IMG/VR virus record: IMGVR_UViG_2630968543_000005
Length of the DNA stretch: 42,783 bases
Strand: one strand, 5' to 3'
Source: a virus
Taxonomy: Duplodnaviria; Heunggongvirae; Uroviricota; Caudoviricetes
Of the stretch, positions 21,706-31,560 are shown piece by piece. The notes beneath the pieces are model-generated. The model was not told the DNA's origin and did not search any database. It saw only the letters and a list, made by a program, of their open reading frames with translations. Position 1 is the first letter of the stretch. Each line of letters opens with the position of its first letter. The position numbers were made by a program, and so were the translations under genes.

Positions 21706-22155
21706 TTATTTCAGGCATTGCGTCCTGATGTATTCCTGCAGGTAGTTAACCTGCGCGGTTATCCTGTCGATTCCACTTCGGAGACGGTAATAATTGAGTT
21801 CAGCATCTGCTGTAAGTCTTGGGCTTTCTCCATCGCCCATGCTGCTGGCTCCGGTCGTTGACTTTGCACAGGTGGCGGCGACTTGCAGGCGCTTACGACC
21901 AGCAGAAACATCAGCACGGAGACTTTCGATAGTCGCGTTAGCATCAGCAAGCTCCTTTGTGTATCTGGCGTCAAGTTCTGCTACATCACGTTGACGCTTC
22001 TGCATGTCAGCAATTGTGGATGCGGCCTTATCGCGCTGCTCTTTGTAGGCGATTGCGTTATCACGGTAATGATTAACAGCCCATGACAGGCAGACGATGA
22101 TGCAGATAACCAGAGCGGAGATAATCGCAGTTACTCTGCTCATTGCTGCCCCCAC
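21706..22155 (-). CDS. i-spanin Rz
   Basis: 149 aa, N-terminal TM helix then coiled-coil periplasmic domain; immediately after endolysin. Confidence 0.75.
   Translation of the reverse strand: MGAAMSRVTAIISALVICIIVCLSWAVNHYRDNAIAYKEQRDKAASTIADMQKRQRDVAELDARYTKELADANATIESLRADVSAGRKRLQVAATCAKSTTGASSMGDGESPRLTADAELNYYRLRSGIDRITAQVNYLQEYIRTQCLK
21759..21944 (-). CDS. o-spanin Rz1 (embedded in Rz in another frame)
   Basis: ATG 21944 with AAAGGAG RBS; signal sequence ending lipobox LVVSAC, Pro-rich mature part ([14 protein letters not shown]). Confidence 0.6.
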   Translation of the reverse strand: MLTRLSKVSVLMFLLVVSACKSPPPVQSQRPEPAAWAMEKAQDLQQMLNSIITVSEVESTG

Positions 22156-22643
22156 AAACAGACTTCACGCTCAATCTCACGGCGAGTCATCAGCCCTTTC
22201 CATTGCTTACCGCCAGCGTATGTCCAGCGACGTAGCTGGTCACATGCGCCCTTGATATCGCCCTGGTTGATTTTGCGAAGAAGCGTCGATGTTCTGAAAT
22301 TGCCTGCGCCCACGTTATAGACGAACGAATAAAGAGCGCCGCGCGTTGTTTCCGGTATATCGACTTTGATGTACGGGTTAATTTGTCTGGCGACCGTGGC
22401 AAGGTCTTTATTCAGGAGGGCTTTGCATTCTGCTTCGGTATACGTTTTACCGAGCATGATGTCTTTTCCGGTGTGTCCGTGGCATACAGTCCATACACCA
22501 ACAATATCTTTGTATGGTATGTAGCTGACACCTTCCAGGCCATCGTTACCACTTGGTCCAGTGATTAACACAGATGCTATAGCAATAGCCCCGCCACTTA
22601 TCGCCGCTATTACGCTATTTCGTAGTGCCGGTGACATTGCCAT
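22140..22643 (-). CDS. SAR endolysin (phage 21 R-type lysozyme)
   Basis: 167 aa; Gly/Ala-rich SAR domain [19 protein letters not shown] then catalytic ..[24 protein letters not shown].. (Glu-Asp-Thr triad). Confidence 0.85.
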   Translation of the reverse strand: MAMSPALRNSVIAAISGGAIAIASVLITGPSGNDGLEGVSYIPYKDIVGVWTVCHGHTGKDIMLGKTYTEAECKALLNKDLATVARQINPYIKVDIPETTRGALYSFVYNVGAGNFRTSTLLRKINQGDIKGACDQLRRWTYAGGKQWKGLMTRREIEREVCLWGQQ

Positions 22644-22818
22644 TCAATCTGTCCTCGCGCTCTTTGCGCTTGTAGTACCAGTTGATGCCAAATGTGCCGA
22701 CAGTACAAAGAATACCAATGATGACAGCCCAGTCATTCAGGGAGAGAATGCCACCCATCGCAGTCAGTCCTCCGAAGCTGTAACTGAACCATTCTCTGAT
22801 TTTGTCCATACGGTACAT
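22615..22818 (-). CDS. Class II holin / pinholin with dual-start motif
   Basis: 67 aa, two predicted TM segments; N-terminus MYRMDK gives Met1/Met4 dual start like S21 holin-antiholin. Confidence 0.7.
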   Translation of the reverse strand: MYRMDKIREWFSYSFGGLTAMGGILSLNDWAVIIGILCTVGTFGINWYYKRKEREDRLNGNVTGTTK

Positions 22819-22945
22819 GCTCTACCCCTTCATTGAGGGGATTTGCTCTATTTAATTAGGAATAAGGTCGATTACTGATAGAACAAATCCAGGCTACTGT
22901 GTTTAGTAATCAGATTTGTTCGTGACCGATATGCACGGGCAAAAC

Positions 22946-22975
22946 GGCAGGAGGTTGTTAGCGCAACCTCTTGCC
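22946..22975. other. Strong 12-bp stem-loop in the non-coding leader upstream of the lysis genes
   Basis: GGCAGGAGGTTG-TTAGCG-CAACCTCTTGCC. Confidence 0.4.
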
Positions 22976-23224
22976 ACCCGCTTTCACGAAGGTCATGTGT
23001 AGAAGGCCGCAGCGTAACTATCACTGATGAATTCAGGATAGCCAGTGGCTACGGCTCAGTTTGGGTTGTGCTGTTGCTGGGCGGCGATGACGCCTGTACG
23101 CATTTGGTGATCCGGTTCTGCTTCCGGTATTCGCTTAATTCAGCACAACGGAAAGAGCACTGGCTAACCAGGCGCGCCGACTCTTCACGATTATCGACTC
23201 AATGCTCTTACCTGTTGTGCAAAT

Positions 23225-23267
23225 AAAAAAAGCCACCGTTGCAACTTAAGAGTCACTAACGGCAGCT
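23225..23267 (-). terminator. Terminator candidate downstream of HNH-AP2 gene
   Basis: Minus strand GCUGCCGUU...AACGGUGGC stem (two G-U pairs, 17-nt loop) followed by 7 U. Confidence 0.35.
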
Positions 23268-23274
23268 TACATCT

Positions 23275-23787
23275 TTAAACGGTATGATATTTCATTCTGG
23301 CTGCCTCAAAAGCCGCAGCGGCAAGTTCGGCAGTGTCATGGTATCCAAGGTTAATACACTTTCCAGACGCATTAATTCTTGCTCTCCATTTCCCGTACTT
23401 AGCATCCCAAGACACGCCACGGTATCCAGATTTATTATTCTTCTGAATTTTCCTGTTTTGCATATTTTCGGAATGAGTGACAAGACGAAGATTTGATATC
23501 CGGTTATCTGTTCTTACCCTGTTGATGTGATCAATAAAACCATCGGGCATGGTGCCATAAACAATCAACCATGCCAGTCTGTGAGCAGGGCATGCTTTAC
23601 CATTAATCATAATCATTAAATACCCATCAGAATTTATTGATGAGCATTTCTTGAAAGCAAAACGAGAGTTCCATGTCAAAGTGGTCCTCTCTCTCCCCTG
23701 CCTCCATCTCCAGTGAAAGTCGCCTGATGATGGATTGTAATCAACAACAGAAAGCACCATTTCTGGCGTTAATTTTATTTCTTTCAT
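23275..23787 (-). CDS. HNH homing endonuclease with AP2 DNA-binding domain
   Basis: 170 aa; HRLAWLIVYG..DHINRVRTDNRISNLRLVTHSENMQN (HNH) and GYRGVSWDAKYGKWRARI..LGYHDTAELAAAAFEAA (AP2); paralog of 27543-28154. Confidence 0.7.
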   Translation of the reverse strand: MKEIKLTPEMVLSVVDYNPSSGDFHWRWRQGRERTTLTWNSRFAFKKCSSINSDGYLMIMINGKACPAHRLAWLIVYGTMPDGFIDHINRVRTDNRISNLRLVTHSENMQNRKIQKNNKSGYRGVSWDAKYGKWRARINASGKCINLGYHDTAELAAAAFEAARMKYHTV

Positions 23788-23909
23788 CGCTTTACCTTAG
23801 GGATAGAGCCTGTTCGCGTAGATATGACAGCCAAGAGCGGAGCGATGTTTCCACCACCATATCTCAGGCCCATATCACTAAGACTCTTGTTTTGATTGCA
23901 CGCGAATGC

Positions 23910-23933
23910 AAAAAAGCCCACAGGAGGTGGGCT
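23910..23933 (-). terminator. tR'-like terminator of short late leader RNA
   Basis: Minus strand AGCCCAC-CUCCU-GUGGGCU followed by 6 U, about 60 nt downstream of PR' candidate. Confidence 0.6.
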
Positions 23934-23974
23934 TGTGATGGTTGCTGAATGCAAAAGCAGCAGCATATGTGAAT

Positions 23975-24004
23975 ATTATGACTAAATGGCTAATTGCATG
24001 TCAA
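23975..24004 (-). promoter_or_regulatory. PR'-like late promoter candidate (qut region expected here)
   Basis: Minus strand TTGACA (23999-24004), 18-nt spacer, CATAAT (23975-23980) at the 3' end of Q. Confidence 0.45.
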
Positions 24005-24500
24005 GACTTTTAACAGCAACATGCTTAACTTTCTCAACACGTTTACGCATTTTGAAAGCATTTTGCATTGGTTGGTACAAAACAAATAACGACGCTTTCA
24101 GGATGTCGTCAATTTCGTTTCTACAGGTTGCCATTGAAGGTTTTCTCCATCCCTCGCCACCACGTCCACACATCTTGCGTGGCTTTGCAGTCGCGTGATA
24201 GTAGGATGCAATTGCTCGCTTAGATGAACCATGAGCGTAGTAGCTGAGGAGGATGCCAAAGGCTTTCTTGTCAATGTACATGACGGAATCGACGACCTGA
24301 GAAATCAACATTCCATCATCATCATTACACATTGGCCTTGTCATAACTCTTCCCGGCTCTACGCTCTCCATGAACTTCGCTATTACGCTGCTCATGCGCT
24401 TTTCCAGACGACCTGAATAAACCCATGCGCCCCACAGTTCAAGCCAGCCATTCAGCCACTCGTGCTGCTCTTTGGTGAGGTTTAGTTCTCTTATGCCCAT
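23982..24500 (-). CDS. Q: Late antiterminator Q
   Basis: 172 aa, position between nin region and PR'/tR'; Cys/His-containing region. Confidence 0.65.
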   Translation of the reverse strand: MGIRELNLTKEQHEWLNGWLELWGAWVYSGRLEKRMSSVIAKFMESVEPGRVMTRPMCNDDDGMLISQVVDSVMYIDKKAFGILLSYYAHGSSKRAIASYYHATAKPRKMCGRGGEGWRKPSMATCRNEIDDILKASLFVLYQPMQNAFKMRKRVEKVKHVAVKSLDMQLAI

Positions 24501-25162
24501 GCGCCTTCTCCCTGTACCTGAATCAATGTGAGGTTTCCGCAGAACACTGCGCCGGTATCGATATACATCTGGTTGGCAAATTTAAGTGGTTTCACTGCTG
24601 GCGTATGACCAAAGATGAACGTGTCCGCGCCTTTGATTTCTTTCACGATCCCGTCTTGTGAGTTGCTGATTCGTTCGCGGTTCCAGATTACCTGCTGATG
24701 ATCAACTGGCTTTCCAAACTCGTATTCGTCACAAGGATAATCGGCGTGGCAGATGACATATTTTTTTCCTTTACTCACCAGTTCGATGATTAACGGAAGT
24801 TCATCTGCTTTATGGGAAAGAGCTTTAGCCAGAATTTCTTTGTCGTAATCGAGATTAAAGAACCAGCCACCGCCATTAAGTAGCCAGTGATTGACATTTC
24901 CACGCTCTGATAAGCCATCAATCATCATTTGCTCATGGTTTCCACGTACAGCTCTGAACCAGGGGAATGTGATTAATTCCAGGCATTCGACGTTCTCTGC
25001 ACCGCGATCGACCAAATCGCCAACCGAGATAAGCAGGTCTTTTTGGGTGTCGAATCCTATCGTCTCCAGTTTTTTCATCAGGTTCGTGTAGCATCCGTGC
25101 AGATCGCCAACTACCCAAATATTTCGGTATTTGCTGCCATCAATTCTTTCGTAATAGCGCAT
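24491..25162 (-). CDS. ninI: Ser/Thr protein phosphatase NinI (lambda PPase-like)
   Basis: [51 protein letters not shown] metallophosphatase motifs; near-identical to lambda PPase as recalled. Confidence 0.85.
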   Translation of the reverse strand: MRYYERIDGSKYRNIWVVGDLHGCYTNLMKKLETIGFDTQKDLLISVGDLVDRGAENVECLELITFPWFRAVRGNHEQMMIDGLSERGNVNHWLLNGGGWFFNLDYDKEILAKALSHKADELPLIIELVSKGKKYVICHADYPCDEYEFGKPVDHQQVIWNRERISNSQDGIVKEIKGADTFIFGHTPAVKPLKFANQMYIDTGAVFCGNLTLIQVQGEGAWA

Positions 25163-25346
25163 CTCTTTCACTCCATCCGCGATGAACCATGAGAACGTCG
25201 TTGACGATGGCGTGCATTTTCCCGTCTTTATCATCAACGTATTTTCTGACCGTACCGCGACTACATTTCAGTCTGCGTGCTACTTCTGTCTGGTTTCCGT
25301 ATGCTTCAACAAGCATGTCTGGAATGGTTTTTACTGAGAACGTCAT
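25140..25346 (-). CDS. ninH: NinH
   Basis: 68 aa, [37 protein letters not shown].. matches lambda NinH. Confidence 0.8.
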   Translation of the reverse strand: MTFSVKTIPDMLVEAYGNQTEVARRLKCSRGTVRKYVDDKDGKMHAIVNDVLMVHRGWSERDALLRKN

Positions 25347-25954
25347 GCGGCCTCACTTCTGCTATTTCGCAGGTCTTTGAGTTTCTGCTGATACTCCGCC
25401 TTGATGGCCCTGCACTCTTCGACAGTCCAGCGATGGCGGTTATGGTTTGATTCGATTTCGTCTACTGCTTCCTGCCCGATGCGGATAATCAGTTCGACGC
25501 GATACGGAACGAGATTTCCGCTTTTGTGCTGGTTGCACACCACGCATTGCTTGTGAATATTGCGTTCATCAAATCGGAGTTGAGGTGCCGCAGCAGTTGT
25601 CCGGTAATGGCCGGCATCCCACTGAGCAGACGTGAGCGTTCCGCACGAGATACATGGTAAGTCGCGGTCTCTTTCTCTGATGAAGGCGTTTACGGCTTGT
25701 TGGGCTTGTTTAATCCAGTAACTGCGGGGCTTTAAGGCGAGTTTTCGAATCTTCAGTTTATCTTTCTGTTTCTGCTCCTCTCGTCGTCGTTTCTTCTCTG
25801 CTGCTTTTTCCGCTTTTTCGCGTTCTTTACTTCGTCGTTCGAGTGCTATCTTGGTTCCACACTCTGGAGAGCACCACCACTGATTAGCGAATGCAGGGTG
25901 AAACCATTCCCGACATTCATCGTTTTTACATCGTCTTCGCGCTGGTTTAGCCAT
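25343..25954 (-). CDS. ninG: NinG (Rap/recombination-associated endonuclease family)
   Basis: 203 aa, Cys-rich N-terminus [18 protein letters not shown].., lambda NinG-like. Confidence 0.8.
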   Translation of the reverse strand: MAKPARRRCKNDECREWFHPAFANQWWCSPECGTKIALERRSKEREKAEKAAEKKRRREEQKQKDKLKIRKLALKPRSYWIKQAQQAVNAFIRERDRDLPCISCGTLTSAQWDAGHYRTTAAAPQLRFDERNIHKQCVVCNQHKSGNLVPYRVELIIRIGQEAVDEIESNHNRHRWTVEECRAIKAEYQQKLKDLRNSRSEAA

Positions 25955-26123
25955 CGTCTTCTTCCTCGTACATTGAGCTATTCGGATCGCTCATCAGTTC
26001 TGCGCAGCAATCGGAGCACACGTGAACTTCCAGCACATGCAGCTTCTGACCGCAGTTAGCGCACGTTAAAGCTCGCTCGACGCTTTCTTTCTGGTATTGA
26101 AGGGATTGGGATGGGCTAAGCAT
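25947..26123 (-). CDS. ninF: NinF
   Basis: 58 aa, [36 protein letters not shown]..; below the 60-aa ORF track cutoff; overlaps ninG start. Confidence 0.7.
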   Translation of the reverse strand: MLSPSQSLQYQKESVERALTCANCGQKLHVLEVHVCSDCCAELMSDPNSSMYEEEDDG

Positions 26124-26488
26124 TATTGGATTCTCTGCATCATGAGAAAGACAATCATGGCGGCGCGGAGGGGATTTTCATGTATAGCTCGCTTAGATTT
26201 ACAGTAGGCCACACCGCGTGCACCCCACTCGTCTTCATCGAGATTGATAATGCTAATCCTGTATTTTTCAATAATCGGCCATGCGTCTGCTGGGTTTGCG
26301 CATGGGTTAAAGGAACCGCGCTCAACTTCTACTTCAACTGCGTCTCCGTTTACAATGTCTCCCTCAAATGAGACAAACACCATATCGCCATTCTCACCTT
26401 CTTTGTAATCCGGTGATCCGTTATGAATGGCTTCGAATACCGCCACGTTAATTTCAAAATCACTTAACTGTGAATAATCCATTGTCAT
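26123..26488 (-). CDS. Nin-region hypothetical protein (NinX/DUF2591-like)
   Basis: 121 aa, [21 protein letters not shown].., position in nin region. Confidence 0.45.
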   Translation of the reverse strand: MTMDYSQLSDFEINVAVFEAIHNGSPDYKEGENGDMVFVSFEGDIVNGDAVEVEVERGSFNPCANPADAWPIIEKYRISIINLDEDEWGARGVAYCKSKRAIHENPLRAAMIVFLMMQRIQ

Positions 26489-26661
26489 TTCCTCGCACGT
26501 TCTCTAAGCCACCGGATATCCCACAGGTGAGCCGTGTAGTTGAAGGTTTTTACGTCAGATTCTTTTGGGATTGGCTTGCGTTTATTTCTGGAGCGTTTCG
26601 TTGGAAGGTATTTGCAGTTTTCGCAGATGATGTCGGTGATACTTCGTCGCTGTCGTCTCAT
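26485..26661 (-). CDS. ninE: NinE
   Basis: Trimmed to ATG 26661; [52 protein letters not shown] matches lambda NinE. Confidence 0.75.
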   Translation of the reverse strand: MRRQRRSITDIICENCKYLPTKRSRNKRKPIPKESDVKTFNYTAHLWDIRWLRERARK

Positions 26662-27068
26662 TCGTACCTCCTGTCGGTAAATCTGACACCCTGACCAATA
26701 GCCCATGCTGTCGTGTACTCGATCAGACTTGCCATGCGCTTCACGCTCATCTGCGCACTGCTTTCGCGAATGTTGACGTATTCGCCTTCAAGGCCGGGCA
26801 AAACATCAGCTTCCTGCTTTGTTGCCACTGCATGACCGCTAATCAACAAAACCTTCCATTGTTCTGGTTTTAACCACTTATCGCACCATTGAACCTGACG
26901 TGCGATATCCGCCAGCATCGCGTGAAATTTTGCGTTCTGGTCAAGGTTGCGCTTGTAGTCAGTAATGCGGATGGTGACTGGCTTGTCTTTATCGAGTGGT
27001 GTTGCGAGGATGGCATTTATTGCAGCTTGCTGTTGTTGCTTAGTTCGGAGGAAGATTGTTTGCTTCAT
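26658..27068 (-). CDS. ninB: NinB-like recombination protein
   Basis: Trimmed to ATG 27068 with GAGGTGA RBS; ~136 aa; ..[22 protein letters not shown].. NinB family pattern. Confidence 0.6.
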   Translation of the reverse strand: MKQTIFLRTKQQQQAAINAILATPLDKDKPVTIRITDYKRNLDQNAKFHAMLADIARQVQWCDKWLKPEQWKVLLISGHAVATKQEADVLPGLEGEYVNIRESSAQMSVKRMASLIEYTTAWAIGQGVRFTDRRYE

Positions 27069-27100
27069 TGTCACCTCAACTAACAAAACGCCACGCCATT

Positions 27101-27256
27101 TTATAGGCTCCATCCATCCCATTTTCTCTCACCAAAAATATGCCTGTGCCATTCTTCCCGCTGCCGTCTCCATAGTTCCATCATGTCTGGCTGGTTCTTT
27201 TCTCGCATTTTTCGAATCTGCTCAAGGATGAACTCTATTTGCTGCTGATTTGTCAT
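27101..27256 (-). CDS. Hypothetical small protein
   Basis: 51-aa ORF with AAGGAG RBS, below ORF track cutoff. Confidence 0.3.
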   Translation of the reverse strand: MTNQQQIEFILEQIRKMREKNQPDMMELWRRQREEWHRHIFGERKWDGWSL

Positions 27257-27266
27257 GCTCACTCCT

Positions 27267-27482
27267 TTACTTTAAATCCAGACTCCGAATAATTCTGTTG
27301 CGCTGAAACTCATTGTTGAGTTTGGACAACCGTCGAAGAACACGGTCACGCGGATAGCGTCGTGCGGCAGGTGAATGCTCATACAACTCATCAAGCGGCA
27401 AACTGGACGATGAACGATACCGATACCAACGCGCCAACTCTTCACGAAAATTAGCCCTGACAAGCTCAGCTATCGTACTCAT
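27267..27482 (-). CDS. Hypothetical protein
   Basis: 71-aa Arg-rich ORF. Confidence 0.4.
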   Translation of the reverse strand: MSTIAELVRANFREELARWYRYRSSSSLPLDELYEHSPAARRYPRDRVLRRLSKLNNEFQRNRIIRSLDLK

Positions 27483-27519
27483 TTCTTAAATCCTCCAATT
27501 ACTCTCCCCCAAATAAAAA

Positions 27520-27554
27520 GGCCTGCGATTACCAGCAGGCCTTTATCTTTTTTT
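27520..27554. terminator. Bidirectional terminator (tR2-like) after HNH-AP2 gene
   Basis: GGCCTGC-GATTACCA-GCAGGCC hairpin flanked by A-run and T-run. Confidence 0.55.
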
Positions 27555-28154
27555 AACACGCTTTCGAGTCCTTTTAGATTTTTCCTTAAGATATTCCGCA
27601 AGTTTATCCTCATCATTATTAAATTGAGATAAAAGCTCATGCTCGCAATTAAGTGCTTTACTCGCATAAGTTCCATATAGTTTCTTTCTTGCTAGTGCTG
27701 CTATGAATGCTGCATCTTCTTTGCTATCGAAATACCCTAACGATATTGTCTTATTTTTATAACCAACATAAGACTTCCACCTGCCAGTTGTCTTATCCCA
27801 AGACACTCCAATCGCACCGGATGTGTTTAACCTATTCCCTACAATGTTTCTTGCATTCTGCTCCTCTGTTGCCAGTCTTAGATTTGAAATCCTATTGTCA
27901 AGTCTGTTCCCATTTACATGATCAATAAACTTAGGAGGCCATTTTTTGTATACATAGAACCAAGCAAGTCTATGCGCATAATACAAAACATTATTTATGC
28001 TAATGCATATATAACCACCACTAACACCTCCAGCAATACTACCTTTTACTCTTACTACTGAATTTGTTTTTAGCCATTTAAATATTCCTGTTTCTGAGTC
28101 ATATGATAATGTTGACAGAAGCTCATCGTGATCAATTAGTTTTTTTATTCGCAT
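27543..28154 (-). CDS. HNH homing endonuclease with AP2 domain (paralog of 23275-23787)
   Basis: 203 aa; HRLAWFYVYKKWPPKFIDHVNGNRLDNRISNLRLATEEQN and GVSWDKTTGRWKSYV..LGYFDSKEDAAFIAALA. Confidence 0.7.
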   Translation of the reverse strand: MRIKKLIDHDELLSTLSYDSETGIFKWLKTNSVVRVKGSIAGGVSGGYICISINNVLYYAHRLAWFYVYKKWPPKFIDHVNGNRLDNRISNLRLATEEQNARNIVGNRLNTSGAIGVSWDKTTGRWKSYVGYKNKTISLGYFDSKEDAAFIAALARKKLYGTYASKALNCEHELLSQFNNDEDKLAEYLKEKSKRTRKRVKKR

Positions 28155-28215
28155 AAAGAATATACTTAATAATATATACAGTAAGAACCATTAGTAACGA
28201 TAACTGGATTTGCCC

Positions 28216-29121
28216 CTATATTTCCAGACACCTGTTATCACTTAACCCATTACTGGCTTGCTGCCGTAGATATTCCCGTGGCGAGCGATAACCCAGTGCA
28301 CTATGCGGATGCCATTCGTTATAATGCTCGAACGCCTCTGCAAGGTTCTTTGCTGCCGTTAACCCGTCTGGTTTGGGCATGACACTGATGTAGTCACGCT
28401 TTATCGTTTTCACGAAGCTCTCTGCTATGCCGTTACTCTCCGGACTCCGCACCGCCGTGCTCTTCGGTTCAAGCCCCAACATCCGGGCAAACTGCCGTGT
28501 TTCATTAGCCCGGTAGCATGAACCATTATCCGTCAGCCACTCTACTGGAGACGCCGGAAGCTCGTTGCCGAAGCGGCGTTCCACCGCTCCCAGCATGACG
28601 TCCTGTACTGTTTCACTGTTGAAGCCGCCCGTAGTGACCGCCCAGTGCAGTGCCTCACGGTCACAGCAGTCCAGCGCGAACGTGACTCGCAGTTTTTCTC
28701 CGTTATCACAGCGGAACTCGAACCCGTCAGAGCACCATCGCTGATTACTTTCTTTCACAGCCACTCTGCCTGTATGTGCCCGTTTCGATGGCGGTACAGC
28801 AGGTTTTCGCTCAAGCAACAGCGCATTCTGGCGCATGATCCGGTAAACACGTTTGGCATTGATCGCAGGCATACCATCAAGTTCTGCCTGTCTGCGAAGC
28901 AGCGCCCATACCCGACGATAACCATACGTGGGCAGCTCTCCGATAACATGGTGTATACGGAGAAGCACATCCGTATCATCAGTGTGACGACTGCGGCGGC
29001 CATCCATCCAGTCATCGGTTCGTCTGAGAATGACGTGCAACTGCGCACGCGACACCCGGAGACAACGGCTGACTAAGCTTACTCCCCATCCCCGGGCAAT
29101 AAGGGCGCGTGCGCTATCCAC
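28216..29121 (-). CDS. insD: IS2 transposase OrfB (InsD)
   Basis: 301 aa, DDE integrase core, matches IS2 InsD. Confidence 0.9.
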
Positions 29122-29444
29122 TTTTTTGCCCGTCCATATTCAACGGCTTCTTTGAGGAGTTCATTTTCCATCGTTTTCTTGCCGAGCAGGCGCTGGAGTT
29201 CTTTAATCTGCTTCATGGCGGCAGCAAGTTCAGAGGCAGGAACAACCTGTTCTCCGGCGGCGACAGCAGTAAGACTTCCTTCCTGGTATTGCTTACGCCA
29301 GAGAAATAACTGGCTGGCTGCTACACCATGTTGCCGGGCAACGAGGGAGACCGTCATCCCTGGTTCAAAGCTCTGCTGAACAATTGCGATCTTTTCCTGT
29401 GTGGTACGCCGTCTGCGTTTCTCCGGTCCTAAGACATCAATCAT
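29079..29444 (-). CDS. insC: IS2 transposase OrfA (InsC)
   Basis: Trimmed to ATG 29444; [47 protein letters not shown]..; overlaps insD for -1 frameshift. Confidence 0.85.
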
Positions 29445-29572
29445 CTGCTCTCCAATGACTAGTCTAAAAACTAGTATTAAGACTATCACTTAAATAAGTG
29501 ATATTGGTTGTCTGGTGATTCAGGGGGCCAGTCTAATAACCCTGCTATCAGCTCAGTGATGTAGATGGCCAT

Positions 29573-31453
29573 TTAATACTCCGTCACGTTTTCCTGTCGC
29601 CACGCCTCGTCATATTCCGATTTCGGCATATTGGCGATGTAGCTATATGGCGATCCTGATTCAAGTTGCAGGAACTGGTGCGATTGCTCGTCAAGGAACA
29701 ACGGGATACCACCTTCCCAACCTTCACCGTTACGTTGTTTTTCAAGCAACAAAACAGATGCCGGAGACACCAGTAGCTGTTCGTCCTTCTCTGACATCTG
29801 TTCACCGCTTTGAACTCTCTGTAACGCTCTCTCGCGAGCCTTGTTACGCCAGATGATAAAAAGGTTGTCTGTCAGGTCTGTTATCGCTCCAGAGCCTTTT
29901 ACGTCCATTTTCCCGGTTGGTTTTTCTTCGCTGTCTCCTTTTCGCGAGTGAGTAACGAGAATGACGTGGGAGTTTGTTTTGTTTTTGAAGTCGCAAATCG
30001 AGTCAACAAACGCCTTCTGCCCGTTATAGTCATCGTCGCCTATGCCACATTTCATCAGGCTGTCGATGATGAATAACTGGATCCCGTATCGGCGGCGAGC
30101 GTAGTCGAATATTTCGATCAGCCTGTCGGCTTTCGCCGTTCCGGTCAGGCCAAACACCCAAAGTCTTTCGTCATAAAATTTAAATGCAGAGTCAATTTCC
30201 AGCACTGGCGGCATCTTGCAGCACGTCGCCTGACGGGTAAGTCGCTTAAGGAGAATGCCTGGCTTCAGCTCAAGTGACGCGATGCACGTCTTCACACCCT
30301 GACGCATTGCCTCAAGTGCCATATGCCCGACAACCTCCGTTTTTCCGTGACCGTTCACACCATTGACCAGCGTAAACTCTGCCTCACGGAACTGGAATTT
30401 ATCTGCCAGAGATTCCCACGGTGGATTAAACAGATACTGCTGCTTGCCGTAGAAAGCGTTGATAGTGTCCTGGTAAAACTCGCGCGCGCTGTAGAGTTCT
30501 TCAGGATCGAAGTAGGATGCCGTGCCGATGTACTGCCAGATTTCATCCTCGGTAACACCGTTCATCAGGCATTCGTTGATGTCTTTGTACGGCAGAGTAA
30601 CAAGACGGCAACGATGTTCACCGAGTCGGCTTGCGATTTCCCTTGCGGCTTCACGACCAACATCATCAACATCCATCGAGATGAATATTTCCTCAAACCT
30701 GTCGAGGTTGTGATACTCAAACTCAATCCACTGTTGCTTAGCGCCTTTCCCGCCACCAAACGGCACGGATAACGCCGAGATGCCGTATTGCGCATAGCTC
30801 ATACAATCAATTTCGCCTTCGCAAAGTACAACCGCCCTCACGCCAGCGTCCAGAGCCTGCCATCCGAACAGACAAGGTTCGCAATCACCTTCTGCCATAA
30901 TGACTTTCTTCCCGTCCGGGCGCTCAGTGCTGATTCGCTTGACCTGCAACAACTCACCATCGCGTTTGTACGGAATCACCAGAGCATCCAGTTCCCGTTC
31001 TCCATTCCACACCTTGCCGCTGACAACCTCGTAGCGCTTTACGACTTCTGGCGATATGCCACGCGATTGCAGGTACTCAAGATGGGATTCTGTTCTGGTA
31101 ACGTAGCGGGCGATTTTCTTGCGGTCAGGTCTGGAGAATTTCTTCTCACGTTTGGCATCGAAATGGTGATCGTCATCCTTGATTCCGAGAAAGGCTTTCG
31201 CTTCCTGCATAGCCTGATGCAGGTTAATTCCACGACATGCCATCCACAAATCAAGCATGTCACCGCCGTCTCCCTCAGCGAAATCAGCCCATTTTTTCTT
31301 GCCGCTAAGGTTGACCTTAAGGCTGTTTCCCTTGTCACCGTTGACGTTACCGGCAACCCACTCATGCCCCTCTTTTTTGCCGTTTGGCAACAGGTGCGGA
31401 GCCACCCTGTCAACCTGCGACCAAAGCAGGTCACTGAGTTCACTTGGCGTCAT
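29573..31453 (-). CDS. Replicative primase-helicase (primase-like N-terminal region + DnaB/RepA-like ATPase)
   Basis: 626 aa downstream of O-like gene; Walker A VNGVNGHGKT, Walker B LFIIDSLMK. Confidence 0.65.
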   Translation of the reverse strand: MTPSELSDLLWSQVDRVAPHLLPNGKKEGHEWVAGNVNGDKGNSLKVNLSGKKKWADFAEGDGGDMLDLWMACRGINLHQAMQEAKAFLGIKDDDHHFDAKREKKFSRPDRKKIARYVTRTESHLEYLQSRGISPEVVKRYEVVSGKVWNGERELDALVIPYKRDGELLQVKRISTERPDGKKVIMAEGDCEPCLFGWQALDAGVRAVVLCEGEIDCMSYAQYGISALSVPFGGGKGAKQQWIEFEYHNLDRFEEIFISMDVDDVGREAAREIASRLGEHRCRLVTLPYKDINECLMNGVTEDEIWQYIGTASYFDPEELYSAREFYQDTINAFYGKQQYLFNPPWESLADKFQFREAEFTLVNGVNGHGKTEVVGHMALEAMRQGVKTCIASLELKPGILLKRLTRQATCCKMPPVLEIDSAFKFYDERLWVFGLTGTAKADRLIEIFDYARRRYGIQLFIIDSLMKCGIGDDDYNGQKAFVDSICDFKNKTNSHVILVTHSRKGDSEEKPTGKMDVKGSGAITDLTDNLFIIWRNKARERALQRVQSGEQMSEKDEQLLVSPASVLLLEKQRNGEGWEGGIPLFLDEQSHQFLQLESGSPYSYIANMPKSEYDEAWRQENVTEY

Positions 31454-31560
31454 GATTCCCTCAGATTGAGATTTTTAAACCAGAAATCGACAAACGAAAT
31501 ACTTAACCAGCCGTGGTTATAACCAGCGACCAGTAGCGATTTGATTTTTGATTTCATGGT

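Larger units (their letters stand above)
28205..29535 (-). mobile_element. IS2 insertion sequence (IS3 family), intact, 1331 bp
   Basis: Ends TGGATTTGCCCC (28205) and CAGGGGGCCAGTCTA (29535) match IS2 terminal inverted repeats; 5-bp direct repeat ATAAC at 28200-28204 and 29536-29540; contains insC/insD. Confidence 0.9.

Noticed and set aside
22819-23274. Possible tRNA genes in the Q-to-lysis interval.
   Set aside because: No GGTTCGANTCC-like T-arm or cloverleaf found by eye on either strand; needs tRNAscan to confirm.
28645-29379. Track ORFs inside IS2 (28645-29076, 28755-29048, 29109-29309, 29152-29379).
   Set aside because: Antisense or alternative-frame ORFs within the insC/insD transposase genes.
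29584-31522. ORFs nested in the primase-helicase gene, including 244-aa 30788-31522 on the plus strand.
   Set aside because: Antisense to a 626-aa gene with Walker A/B motifs; no independent support.
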